Of a stretch of DNA of 63,076 nt, positions 47,201 to 55,510 are shown in pieces. This DNA is from a virus. Taxonomy: Duplodnaviria; Caudoviricetes. The translations under genes and the position numbers were made by a program. The notes under the pieces are model-generated. The model searched no databases. It was given only the letters and a program-made list of their open reading frames with translations, and had not been told where the DNA came from. Every line of letters begins with the position of its first letter. Positions within the stretch are counted from its first letter, which is position 1. The stretch spans positions 1 to 63,076 of the IMG/VR virus record IMGVR_UViG_3300046786_000486. One strand, written 5' to 3'.

Positions 47201-47935
47201 AGTGTCTATTCTTCGCCACACGCCATTATTTCCTATGCGAACATATAATTCTATATTTTCAACAAAGCTTGGCTTAGAAGCAAAATTATAAGCTATAGTG
47301 TACTTGCTGGTACCCTTCTCGCCTTTGTACATTTGGGAGAAATTACTGAGCGCAGAATACTCTTTTGAATCATATTGGTAGCGAGATGCAAACTGAAAGT
47401 CATTCGACTCTAAGAATGTTACAGCTGTACCAGTCAATGACTTCTGTATAGTATATGCGTTAATAGGAGGCTGCTTTTGTAGCTTAAGTGCATCAAGTGT
47501 GTATGAGGCGTTTTGAGTTCTGCCTAAGAAGAAGGATAGCAATGTCCCCTCTTCTGCATAGTTCCATACAATAGTATCTCCAATTACCTTTAAGTCTGGC
47601 ACAAAAGAATCTGTTACGCCAGTGTGTAAGTAATCTAATACTTTACTAGTAGAATCTAAAGTTGTAGGCACCTTGTAAATAGCAGAGGTTACACTATCAA
47701 CTCTTGTCAGAACATATATAATTCCGTCGTTAGCCTGAAATGTAGCCTTTATTGTGCCAGGGAAAGTTACATTGGTATTTGAAAACGATTCATACATTCT
47801 GATAGCAGTAGCTCCGCCAGATGTACCTGTGTCAAAAACCATATTAAGAGCATCAACATAATCTCCCTCTTGTAAATTATTGGGGTCAATGTCCTTATTC
47901 AAACCGCCTGATGCTCTGAGAGTTACCTTCGCCAT
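44231..47935 (-). CDS. Tail nozzle/stabilisation protein
   Basis: 1234 aa; GGLNKDIDP...YVDALNM start; beta-propeller-like; follows the ring proteins. Confidence 0.7.
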   Translation of the reverse strand: MAKVTLRASGGLNKDIDPNNLQEGDYVDALNMVFDTGTSGGATAIRMYESFSNTNVTFPGTIKATFQANDGIIYVLTRVDSVTSAIYKVPTTLDSTSKVLDYLHTGVTDSFVPDLKVIGDTIVWNYAEEGTLLSFFLGRTQNASYTLDALKLQKQPPINAYTIQKSLTGTAVTFLESNDFQFASRYQYDSKEYSALSNFSQMYKGEKGTSKYTIAYNFASKPSFVENIELYVRIGNNGVWRRIDTTSTASNISFDWVGDIYEALDSVSATKPFDAVPQNAKHIEVAKNRVFVANIQDDYSIVSANTAITITSANETALSAGDYKTYLGGTTVTATSSELSTNGSGYVKPFANNSTYAVGIAYYDAALKTRGVEPTTIHKFTTGKFAYPLIKNITVTPTSGTYVRPAWAKYIQLCFTKNISKSYVYEGYASNIFFELTTTETNPTTLEVTKVKTLTQSITKTQLKDLKYFAVDLMGMFSAGYIYTFQQGDRITINTPAGLLDLKILEQNNNLIYCEYSGGEMTNPEIPVPLNNYFEIYSPSTQQEDESLLFYESGNLIPIDNTWTGTTFTGAGTLNSTKIIGDMVFSKLEIPVYKTAPFLYNVEKPHPSEDYITEDRVTEVICAMTSETISGTSLTSTPASTIFSPTWTSFGSNQDSASIIGSNLTPASSGSSFRVSGYYEAGYQDSTINKITIDYKFDIDTSITFATGDVNPITGTVLPPSGGLRLNIYTQLWRVPYDAVRNVYDKPVTYGKSSYDLSTEISYFAGPTSTVMSSHIIPINNDINARDRFYVELTVEYSNVGDAISSSFTIKKPATGTPIKLTINGDRTAPLERTTYNSNATVDSANQKFLIRSISNATANQRWNTSAGKPLLASANLSYPRRTNTIRYSGNYVPGTKINNINSFFGLDANDVPIENGEITSLQRASRLQGNGAMLLALCLREASYVFLGEQELSQGNNTGIRALTANMIGTIRNLGNNYGLKDKQSVMNYRGNIWWWDDFNKKVIKFSEEGVSIPSDVYMRSEFLTKGGTGGVARFAYDPFYDMCFIGFASSGTSLGYSDKLKRWISTYSFRTGFAESYGDKMILFKDNIMYKSGQSGYNTFFGGTSYDTTISFVANTKIPTMPQNLSVWHDMNVINYSNANGVKSSLIKIDITNENNQVSEINEGNFIVEDNRLYAHILRDMNTTGSIVRANLIDGNYIVGYLNKFVVTLKDRSQSMRINSIDIEVQPISGHS

Positions 47936-47967
47936 TTGTTAAATGTTAAAATGAGCTTTGTTAAATA

Positions 47968-48717
47968 TTAGTTCTTAATGCTTCCGTGAATACCGCGTCT
48001 TAGTGCGCCAATAATCTCAGCATAATCCATAGAGTTCATACGAGCCCTAAACACTCTATGTGCATTTTCGTAATCTTGCTTTGCGATTTGATATAAACCA
48101 ATCTTTAGCCCTTGAGCTTTCGCAGCCATCATATTAATGTATTTTGTAACTACATCAATAGCATAAGGAGTGATAGCATTTGCTGAAGACTTGGATACAG
48201 CAGTCGATATATAAGTAAGAGTAATCTTACTAAGTTCAGTCGTATTGCTAAATACAAGTTCATTATTAGTTTTATCAATATCAAATGTTAATGTTGCTCT
48301 ACGCTCTCTACCATAAAGTCTACCAGAGAGTTCTCCGTGTTGATTGACAGTTTTGCCGCCAATTAGTAAGTTTAAATCTAGGTCGTTATATCTTTCTTCT
48401 GATATATATGGAATCTTATTCCCAGCGTCATCGTAGTTATATCTCTTGTTTAAGTTTCTTTCTCTTTCAAGTGGCAATAACCGCTCGCCGCTCTTAACCG
48501 AAACATCAACATAGTCGACAAAGTCGCTTGGCAGAATTGCTCTATTGTAAGATGTAATATCAAGCTCAACCATCTTAATATTACCCATATCGAAGTCCAT
48601 TGACAGCTCGTCTACAACTCGTAGTGCGTGATGCAAATATCTTGTATAGAAGTGTAAAGGCAAGTTGTTATCAAGCAACGTGTCCCTTACAATCATATTA
48701 ATTGATTTAGTCTTCAT
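47968..48717 (-). CDS. Tail ring/adaptor protein
   Basis: About 250 aa; LPSDFVDY motif; position. Confidence 0.6.
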   Translation of the reverse strand: MKTKSINMIVRDTLLDNNLPLHFYTRYLHHALRVVDELSMDFDMGNIKMVELDITSYNRAILPSDFVDYVDVSVKSGERLLPLERERNLNKRYNYDDAGNKIPYISEERYNDLDLNLLIGGKTVNQHGELSGRLYGRERRATLTFDIDKTNNELVFSNTTELSKITLTYISTAVSKSSANAITPYAIDVVTKYINMMAAKAQGLKIGLYQIAKQDYENAHRVFRARMNSMDYAEIIGALRRGIHGSIKN

Positions 48718-48722
48718 AATAA

Positions 48723-49370
48723 TTAATCTTGTTTAACAGATAACTCAGCCTGAGATATTCTTCCGCTACCAATACTTTGTAAAACATCATCTATAACCGC
48801 AGACTCAACTTCTGGTGATATCGGAAGCATTTCAGTATCTGTTATACTATTGAAGTCTGCTACCAATAAGTTTACAATAACAGAAGATATCGAGCCGTTG
48901 GCGCTAGTAGTTATGTCTTTTGTGAAATAAACTCGCTTTCCTTGTACATAGTATCCAACTTGACCCTCCAGCGCACTAACATTTGTGCCATTTGCAACTG
49001 TACCAAAAACAAGAACGTCTTGAGATGGTATAGGCAAGTATGGGTTAAGTGCTGAATTTGTAGCAGCTATACTCCATATTCCCATATCCATAGGGAGTGT
49101 AATTGGAATTACAGGTAGAGCAATGTAAGCTCTACTATTGCCAGGCTCTGAAACTGTAGAGCAGGTATATTGTATGAGGTTACACTTAGGGACATCGTAT
49201 TCTCCAGCTTTAAATGACTCAGCCACCTGTAGCTTAAGCACCTTATTTAAAGATTGTCGCACAAGAATAATAACCTCTCTAATGTCAATAACATCAGACG
49301 GGTTATCTTTATCTAGGAAGCGAGCGTAAAGACGCTGTACCTGTTCTGCTATTCTAAATTTAGTAGTCAT
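48723..49370 (-). CDS. Tail ring/adaptor protein
   Basis: 215 aa; position in the three-gene ring cluster. Confidence 0.55.
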   Translation of the reverse strand: MTTKFRIAEQVQRLYARFLDKDNPSDVIDIREVIILVRQSLNKVLKLQVAESFKAGEYDVPKCNLIQYTCSTVSEPGNSRAYIALPVIPITLPMDMGIWSIAATNSALNPYLPIPSQDVLVFGTVANGTNVSALEGQVGYYVQGKRVYFTKDITTSANGSISSVIVNLLVADFNSITDTEMLPISPEVESAVIDDVLQSIGSGRISQAELSVKQD

Positions 49371-50056
49371 TATCGCTCGTCATTTTTTTGGTTACTATCC
49401 TTAAGAGATTCGGCTCCTAATAGAATCTGATTGTCTAGAGATATCCCTAAATACATCAATGCTCTAGAAAGAATATCTCCATAGTATCTTGCGTCCCAGT
49501 CTAGGTCAATAGAACCGCTTGGAACGTAAGTGATGTTACCATAATTGTCTGTGCTATAATTATACACTGCGACAGCAGGCAACTTGAAGTATATTAAAGT
49601 GTAAGTATATGTAGTACCAGTTGCAGGAGGTATAGGAGAAAACTGTATTTTTCTCGTATTATCTGTATCTAGAAATATAGTAGCCGCTGGATAAGAAGTT
49701 GTAGGCGCTAATATAGAAGAGTTTTGTATTTCCAAGAACTCGTCCCAATTATATAATGTACCTTCAACTGGAGTGCCACCAGAAAGAGTCAAGTAAACGG
49801 TCAAGCCCTCTACATAATCAGAAGGTAGAGATTGTGTACCAGTAGTAGAGGTAACACTAAAATTTGCTTTTTTAACTAGTAGGTGGTCAAACTCAAACTT
49901 CTTTGTTCTGCTATATTTCGATAAGATAGCGCTCATCCAATCAACGGATGCCCTATTAACAGCTCTGTCAATATCCTTTGGGCTTACAAATCCGCCCTTA
50001 TTCTTCTTGATTAAGCCCCTAATGAAGTCGTGCACTTCCTGTATTGCTATCGCCAT
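49370..50056 (-). CDS. Head-tail adaptor/tail ring protein
   Basis: KNKGGFVSP...NRA, LPSDY and ALMYLGISL segments. Confidence 0.62.
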   Translation of the reverse strand: MAIAIQEVHDFIRGLIKKNKGGFVSPKDIDRAVNRASVDWMSAILSKYSRTKKFEFDHLLVKKANFSVTSTTGTQSLPSDYVEGLTVYLTLSGGTPVEGTLYNWDEFLEIQNSSILAPTTSYPAATIFLDTDNTRKIQFSPIPPATGTTYTYTLIYFKLPAVAVYNYSTDNYGNITYVPSGSIDLDWDARYYGDILSRALMYLGISLDNQILLGAESLKDSNQKNDER

Positions 50057-50078
50057 TTTAGAGTAAATTTAATTTGTT

Positions 50079-50086
50079 CAAAGATA
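50079..50086 (-). promoter_or_regulatory. Bacteroidota -7 promoter element (TATCTTTG)
   Basis: TAnnTTTG upstream of the tail operon. Confidence 0.65.
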
Positions 50087-50105
50087 GAAAAAATAATTCA
50101 CATAT

Positions 50106-50143
50106 AAATAAAACAAGCCCCTAGCTATTTCTAACTAAGGGCT
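50106..50143 (-). terminator. Terminator after the lysis cassette
   Basis: AGCCCTTAG...CTAGGGGCT stem followed by TGTTTTATTT. Confidence 0.7.
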
Positions 50144-50174
50144 ACAACCATAAACACTAAACAAAAATGAAAAT

Positions 50175-50312
50175 CTATCTACCTTGTCCTTTGTATGCTT
50201 TTTTATAATTTTTTGACGCTTTATTTGTGGACGTTTTAGTCTTAGCGACAATACCTTTATTATTCTTCTTGGGCTTTGGCTTAAATGTAGCCGTAGCAAT
50301 TGCTTTTGCCAT
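50175..50312 (-). CDS. Small basic protein (45 aa; not in the ORF track)
   Basis: MAKAIATATFKPKPKKNNKG...KKAYKGQGR; TAATG overlap. Confidence 0.65.
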   Translation of the reverse strand: MAKAIATATFKPKPKKNNKGIVAKTKTSTNKASKNYKKAYKGQGR

Positions 50313-50767
50313 TATTTATAAAATATAAACTTGAAATAAAGGTAAAGTAAAATAATGAAAGTTTCAATGAATAGGGTAATAATTATCCAAGATGGAATAA
50401 TATTTTTTACAACGACTTTTTCCACGACAGAAGAGTCTTTCTTAGTTGAACTGACCTGTACGGAATCCATAGTCGATACAGCTCCATTGCTCCTAACAGT
50501 TGCCATAATCTTATTGTCTTTGCCTTGTATTTCAACTTTGCCATTTGGAATTGATATTTGCGTGTAAAATCTATTTATAATACCCAAGCTGTCGCACGGA
50601 TTAAAGATGACAATTGAATCTTTCTGAGGTAAAGTTTTAATAACCTCCCTGTAGCGAAAGAACGTATCTATACGTACTGTTTCTTTAGAAGAGTACGTAC
50701 TCTGTGGTCGCTTGCAAGAAACTAATAGCAGCAAAAATGCGGCGATTATTATGATTAAATACTTCAT
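50312..50767 (-). CDS. Putative unimolecular spanin
   Basis: Lipoprotein signal MKYLIIIIAAFLLLLVSC and a C-terminal TM helix, within the lysis cassette. Confidence 0.65.
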   Translation of the reverse strand: MKYLIIIIAAFLLLLVSCKRPQSTYSSKETVRIDTFFRYREVIKTLPQKDSIVIFNPCDSLGIINRFYTQISIPNGKVEIQGKDNKIMATVRSNGAVSTMDSVQVSSTKKDSSVVEKVVVKNIIPSWIIITLFIETFIILLYLYFKFIFYK

Positions 50768-51282
50768 ATTTTTGATAATTGGAAGTGCATACCTTTGCAC
50801 GGTTTATTATGTTTTACTGCTCTATGTATTGTTGATATTTTAATGCCAGTCAACCTGCTTGCTTCAGAGTAACCATTATAAACGACACCGTTGCATTCTA
50901 TTTTTATACTTCGATTGTGTTCTGCCCCAAATTTACCTTTATATGTCTGATTATTAAATTTTTTATATAATCCAGACTCGAATGCGTGTTTCATATTTTC
51001 TTTTGGAGTAACCCATTCTAAATTTTCGTATGAATTATTTAGCTTATCTCCATCAATATGATTTACTTGCTCCTTGTTATACGGATTATCTACAAAATAT
51101 TTAGCTACAAGCCTGTGAACTAAATAATTTTTCCGTTTTCCATCTTTAATGTAAATAGAAGTCATCAAGTAAACAGAAGTCCCGCCTGCCACACTTTTCT
51201 TTATTTGCAATGTCTTAGAGTTTCTGACCAATCCAGTGTCAGAAATTTGATAATTAGTATTTTCAATATTTTCCCATCTCAT
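50764..51282 (-). mobile_element. Free-standing NUMOD4-HNH homing endonuclease
   Basis: YQISDTGLVRN, VHRLVA and VNHIDGDKLNN...NLEWVT..EN..HA; own TATATTTG promoter at 51300-51315. Confidence 0.88.
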
Positions 51283-51331
51283 AATTTATATATTTTCACC
51301 AAATATACAAATATAAAATGTAAATGCAACA

Positions 51332-51781
51332 CTATATTGCTGCAAGTTGCACGTGCATAAAATCTGGTCGAGACTTCCAATCTGCTCCGCAATCAAATCC
51401 ATTTTTTCTAAAACAATCCAAAAATTTATCGCTAAATGGAATCATACCTTTTGATACAATTTGTTGCCTAGTTAAACCAAGTGGATTGCAGAACGCGTTC
51501 ATATCGACTGCTAGACCCCAAGAGTGAAGGCTCATAGATGCTAAACCACGTTTCTTTCTGATATTAAAACACCCGTCCCAAGTTTTAAGTTCTGTAACAC
51601 ATCCTGTCGCAATAAGAGCTTTAAATGCAGCCGTTAGCGGCGCAACCATATCTTTGTTGCAATAGATTCTTTTAGGAATTATTCCTATTTCTAGCTCTGT
51701 TGGGACGTCCCACAGGACCATATTCGGGTTGCTCGGGCTCGGTTGGCCATACTTCTTCAGAGCTTGTTGACTCGTTACCAT
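51332..51781 (-). CDS. Endolysin, M15-family zinc peptidase
   Basis: FNIR...SLHSWGLAVD...DFMHVQ. Confidence 0.88.
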   Translation of the reverse strand: MVTSQQALKKYGQPSPSNPNMVLWDVPTELEIGIIPKRIYCNKDMVAPLTAAFKALIATGCVTELKTWDGCFNIRKKRGLASMSLHSWGLAVDMNAFCNPLGLTRQQIVSKGMIPFSDKFLDCFRKNGFDCGADWKSRPDFMHVQLAAI

Positions 51782-52010
51782 ATTCTTCTTGTTTTCCTTC
51801 TTTAGAAAATTTACTAATACTAGCGTTTGTCATTGAGCCAATTAGTATGCCCAAGACAATATTCTGAATACCATCGTTTAATGGATTCAGTATAAACATA
51901 ACAAATGTTATTAGGGAGCCTATTATTGAAATTAATCGGGTATGAGAATACTGCCCGTTATAAGAAACGAAATCTTTAAGACTTTGACTTCCGTTTTTTG
52001 ATGATTTCAT
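51672..52010 (-). CDS. Holin-like membrane protein
   Basis: Two hydrophobic segments; overlaps the endolysin 5' end. Confidence 0.55.
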   Translation of the reverse strand: MKSSKNGSQSLKDFVSYNGQYSHTRLISIIGSLITFVMFILNPLNDGIQNIVLGILIGSMTNASISKFSKEGKQEEYGNESTSSEEVWPTEPEQPEYGPVGRPNRARNRNNS

Positions 52011-52173
52011 TTCCTTGTAATATATAATATCTAGCTGCAGATATACCTGATATTATAGCAACTGTTCCTGCGACTATGCTAACCATAGCTTGAATATTAG
52101 CAATTGAAATTGCCGCACCCAGTATTGCAATAAATATGTTAGCTATACCTTCGCTATAATGATGTTCGTGCAT
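51976..52173 (-). CDS. Holin/antiholin-like membrane protein
   Basis: Two TM segments and a basic C-terminus. Confidence 0.6.
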   Translation of the reverse strand: MHEHHYSEGIANIFIAILGAAISIANIQAMVSIVAGTVAIISGISAARYYILQGNEIIKKRKSKS

Positions 52174-52346
52174 TTTTAAAATATTACCTAGTAAAGATAG
52201 CCGATAATTAATTTATCGCAAAATCTTCTTATAAGTAATATCTAAATCTTTACGTTTTTTAAAAATAAGGTAAGTTAAAAAGGCGACAAAGATTAACTCT
52301 ATCGCCCCTATAACTACTCCCAGTAAAATTAATTGGCTGTCTGTCA

Positions 52347-52775
52347 TTATTCCTCAATTAACTTAAACAAGATAGAATAATTTTCGTTAGTTTCCACCTT
52401 ATCTAAGTCAGAAATTGACAAAGGAGTGTATTCGATATTTTTATCGGTATCCAGCAATTCTGTATATTTAGATTGAAACTCAATAAACTTTGGATTAATC
52501 TTAGTTTGCTTCTTATCCTCAAAAGTAGGAATTGAAATCTGCCCATCTTTTTCCTCACCTAACTCCTTAATTAAATCTTCGCGCAATCCATCAAGAATAG
52601 CTTTTTCTTTCTTTAGCTCTTCTGATAGCTTTGTTAAACGATACTTTGTTCCAAGATTAAGCTTCTCCTTTAGAAAGCCGTCTAGCACTTTTTCTCCTGT
52701 ATTTGGATTTACAAAGCCATTTAGCTCAGCTTCAAGTGTAAGAATCTCGTGTAATTTTAGTGTAATTTGTGCCAT
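52347..52775 (-). CDS. Hypothetical protein
   Basis: 142-aa helical ORF with an AACCAAAC leader. Confidence 0.65.
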   Translation of the reverse strand: MAQITLKLHEILTLEAELNGFVNPNTGEKVLDGFLKEKLNLGTKYRLTKLSEELKKEKAILDGLREDLIKELGEEKDGQISIPTFEDKKQTKINPKFIEFQSKYTELLDTDKNIEYTPLSISDLDKVETNENYSILFKLIEE

Positions 52776-52787
52776 TGTTTGGTTGGT

Positions 52788-53000
52788 TTATTTATTTAAA
52801 GAGTCAATTGTTTCGTCAAATGCAATAATGTCTATATGTCTGATTATTTTCATATCATAATGAAAATAAATCAATGTGCCTTCATTATTGCCTTGTTGTG
52901 TAATTGAATTTTGCCGCAATTCAATAATTTCATTAATATCAATCCAGCTTCTTAATATAGCGTCGCCTTCTCTAGTCGTAATCTTAATAAATTTCTTCAT
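52788..53000 (-). CDS. Hypothetical protein
   Basis: 70-aa ORF in the operon. Confidence 0.55.
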   Translation of the reverse strand: MKKFIKITTREGDAILRSWIDINEIIELRQNSITQQGNNEGTLIYFHYDMKIIRHIDIIAFDETIDSLNK

Positions 53001-53019
53001 TATATATTTAGTTTATTTG

Positions 53020-53283
53020 TTACAATTCCCACTTGCCTTGAGGGCATTTTTGTTCTTTAGGTACATCGGGTGATGTATAGACTTTTGCTGCAATAGGGCA
53101 GCCGCAAGCACCACACTGAAAAAAGTTATTAACTAGAGAGCCTGTTATTGATTTTACGTCCACCTCTTGCAATGAAGGGCATTTATCGCATATCTTACTG
53201 CGATTCTCAGCAAGTTGTTTTTGCTGCTCCGTGTGAAACATAGCTGTTCCCCAAGCCTGAATAATAGTTAGGAATTTGCTCAT
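53020..53283 (-). CDS. Small Cys-rich zinc-binding protein
   Basis: R..ICDKCP...CGACGC...CPQGKW; promoter TAAATTTG at 53304-53311 supports ATG 53283. Confidence 0.7.
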   Translation of the reverse strand: MSKFLTIIQAWGTAMFHTEQQKQLAENRSKICDKCPSLQEVDVKSITGSLVNNFFQCGACGCPIAAKVYTSPDVPKEQKCPQGKWEL

Positions 53284-53332
53284 TGTGTATTGTTTGGTTG
53301 TAACAAATTTAGGCAAAATTTGTTACAAATCA

Positions 53333-55510
53333 TTATGTTGTATATATGGTGTATCCATTGTATGAGCAAGCTCCACCAACAGAATATCCTAGCCCACCTG
53401 TATTGAATGAAGCGTTTGTGTTTCTGCAGAAGTAAATAGTCTCTCCATCTTGCAGCCAGTAGCTTGTATTGCTTCCTGCCGAACAAGGGAGCCATTCAAT
53501 GTACGTCTCACTTCCGCTATTATTTGATATGGATATTTCCTCACAGCAAGCACAATCTGCACCAGAAGGAGCTCCTTCTCCTAAGTCTGTTCCGTTAGCA
53601 AAGTAATGGTTATATGTAGATGAGCACAAGCTTGTATCTTTGTAGACAGGATATTGTACGCAGCTTATACAGGTGTTATAGCCCTGGAATACTAAGTCTT
53701 GACCATAGTAGCACGCTCCCGATACTGGAGCTGTGACACCAACATCTATCCCATTTACAAAATAGTGATTATAGGTAGAGCTACATACTGATGTGTCCTT
53801 AAACACAGTGTATGTTATACATCCAGAGCAAGTGTTATATCCTTGGCTTACAATATTCTGAGATGTATTACAAGCTGATGTTGTTGGGTTGCTAGAATAG
53901 GTCGCTCCACCAGCTTGCCACTGATTTCCAGTAAAACAACTATTTACGTTTTGGTAAACAGAGTAAGTCGTACATCCAATGCAAGTTTGGCCAACATATA
54001 GCGCATAGTTTGCAGATGACGAACAGGCTCCAGTTACTGGATTATAAGAATATGTATTGCCGTTAGATTGATACTGATTGCCAGTAAAACAGCTATTTGT
54101 ATTTTGGTAAACTGCATATTCTGCGCAACCTATACACATAATACCAACATAACTTGAATAATTAGCGCTAGTGTTACAAGCCCCAGTAGCTGGGTTATAA
54201 TAATAATCTACGCCATTTACTTGATACGGAGCTCCGCCATAGCACGGTTTTGCTGAGTAATTGTGTGCATAAACAAAGTATGAATTACATCCAACACATA
54301 ATACCTGAAACGTATTCTCATATTGAGACGAGTAGTCGCAAGCTCCGTTGCTTGGAGCGGTATTACCTACGCTAGAGCCGTTTACATAATATTGATTATA
54401 TGTAGATGAATTAACATTTGTATCCCTAAATACTGTATATGTCACACAAGAAGAACACGTTGAGTAGCCTTGCGATGTTAATACTGGGGCCGTATTAAAT
54501 CCAACAGTTAAATTAAACGCAGCGCTTGTTTTGCTATTTATCCCTACCCCAGAAGCTGTAAATGAATTGCTTATTGATGCGTTTTCTGTTGAAGCTATGA
54601 CCCTAATCCCAAGCGAAATAAATGTATTAAATGCGGAGCCGTGTAATACACCAGCCTTACTAAAAGTTACAGTTCGTGTAGAAGAATTGTAATTTGATGT
54701 CCATCCGCTAGGAAGTGGTGTATAAAAGCTGTCAAATGTTAAATTGCTAGGCAATACATCAGTTAATACAGTGTCAGAAGAGTATAAATTACTTGTTGAG
54801 TTTCTTACTCTTAATAAATATATAAATGTTGTATTATATGGCAAATTAGTGCCAGCGGGTATATCTGTTGTTCCATCGTTCTGCTTTGCAATTTTTTCTA
54901 CTTCAAACGTAGGATATTGAAGGTATGGCGTAGTTGTAGTAGAGTTTGTAGGTGAATATGTAGCTGTCAAAGGTATTGCCAATGTTCCAGCTCCATCTAC
55001 AGACGGCCTAGTTGTTGAGCACACAATTGTTACAACAACTGTTGCTCCAGCAGCAATTGCACTTGTTATTGTTAGAGTGTTAGACGAATACGTATATGTT
55101 ACACCAGCTGTTACAGATATACTTGAAAAAGATGTATTTGAAGCAAAACTAAATGTTAGCACCACGTTCGTGCTTGTCGCGAACAATTCATCATTCCTTA
55201 CATTTACTGTATATGTTACGTTATTACCAGCTGTTACTGTGCCAGGGGACGCAGAGCTAGTTAAGTTCAAGTTATAGAATGGCGGTATTCCAACTATAGC
55301 TTTCTTTGGAAGTAGCTGATTATTTGTTCGACTAACATAAAAAGAGTTCGCTGTATCAATATAAAGTATATCGTTCAGACCAAGCTTTTTTACAGCTCTC
55401 TTACTTGAGGTGAATGAAGCTTTTTGATATAAGTCTCCAGAGGAAACGGCATTAGCCAAGTCCTCGTAGGTGACAATCTTATTTTCATTCATTGTGGTCC
55501 AAGCACTCAT
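53333..55510 (-). CDS. Putative virion surface protein: DUF11/Ig-like domains plus six Cys-rich repeats
   Basis: NVTYTVNVRN and FIYLLRVRN...LTDVLPSNLTF segments; six ~52-aa CxxC...Y..NG...P...C repeats. Confidence 0.65.
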   Translation of the reverse strand: MSAWTTMNENKIVTYEDLANAVSSGDLYQKASFTSSKRAVKKLGLNDILYIDTANSFYVSRTNNQLLPKKAIVGIPPFYNLNLTSSASPGTVTAGNNVTYTVNVRNDELFATSTNVVLTFSFASNTSFSSISVTAGVTYTYSSNTLTITSAIAAGATVVVTIVCSTTRPSVDGAGTLAIPLTATYSPTNSTTTTPYLQYPTFEVEKIAKQNDGTTDIPAGTNLPYNTTFIYLLRVRNSTSNLYSSDTVLTDVLPSNLTFDSFYTPLPSGWTSNYNSSTRTVTFSKAGVLHGSAFNTFISLGIRVIASTENASISNSFTASGVGINSKTSAAFNLTVGFNTAPVLTSQGYSTCSSCVTYTVFRDTNVNSSTYNQYYVNGSSVGNTAPSNGACDYSSQYENTFQVLCVGCNSYFVYAHNYSAKPCYGGAPYQVNGVDYYYNPATGACNTSANYSSYVGIMCIGCAEYAVYQNTNSCFTGNQYQSNGNTYSYNPVTGACSSSANYALYVGQTCIGCTTYSVYQNVNSCFTGNQWQAGGATYSSNPTTSACNTSQNIVSQGYNTCSGCITYTVFKDTSVCSSTYNHYFVNGIDVGVTAPVSGACYYGQDLVFQGYNTCISCVQYPVYKDTSLCSSTYNHYFANGTDLGEGAPSGADCACCEEISISNNSGSETYIEWLPCSAGSNTSYWLQDGETIYFCRNTNASFNTGGLGYSVGGACSYNGYTIYTT

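Noticed and set aside
50764-51331. Group I intron around the HNH gene
   Set aside because: Only about 50 nt of non-coding flank is available, too little for a ribozyme core, and the endolysin is already complete.
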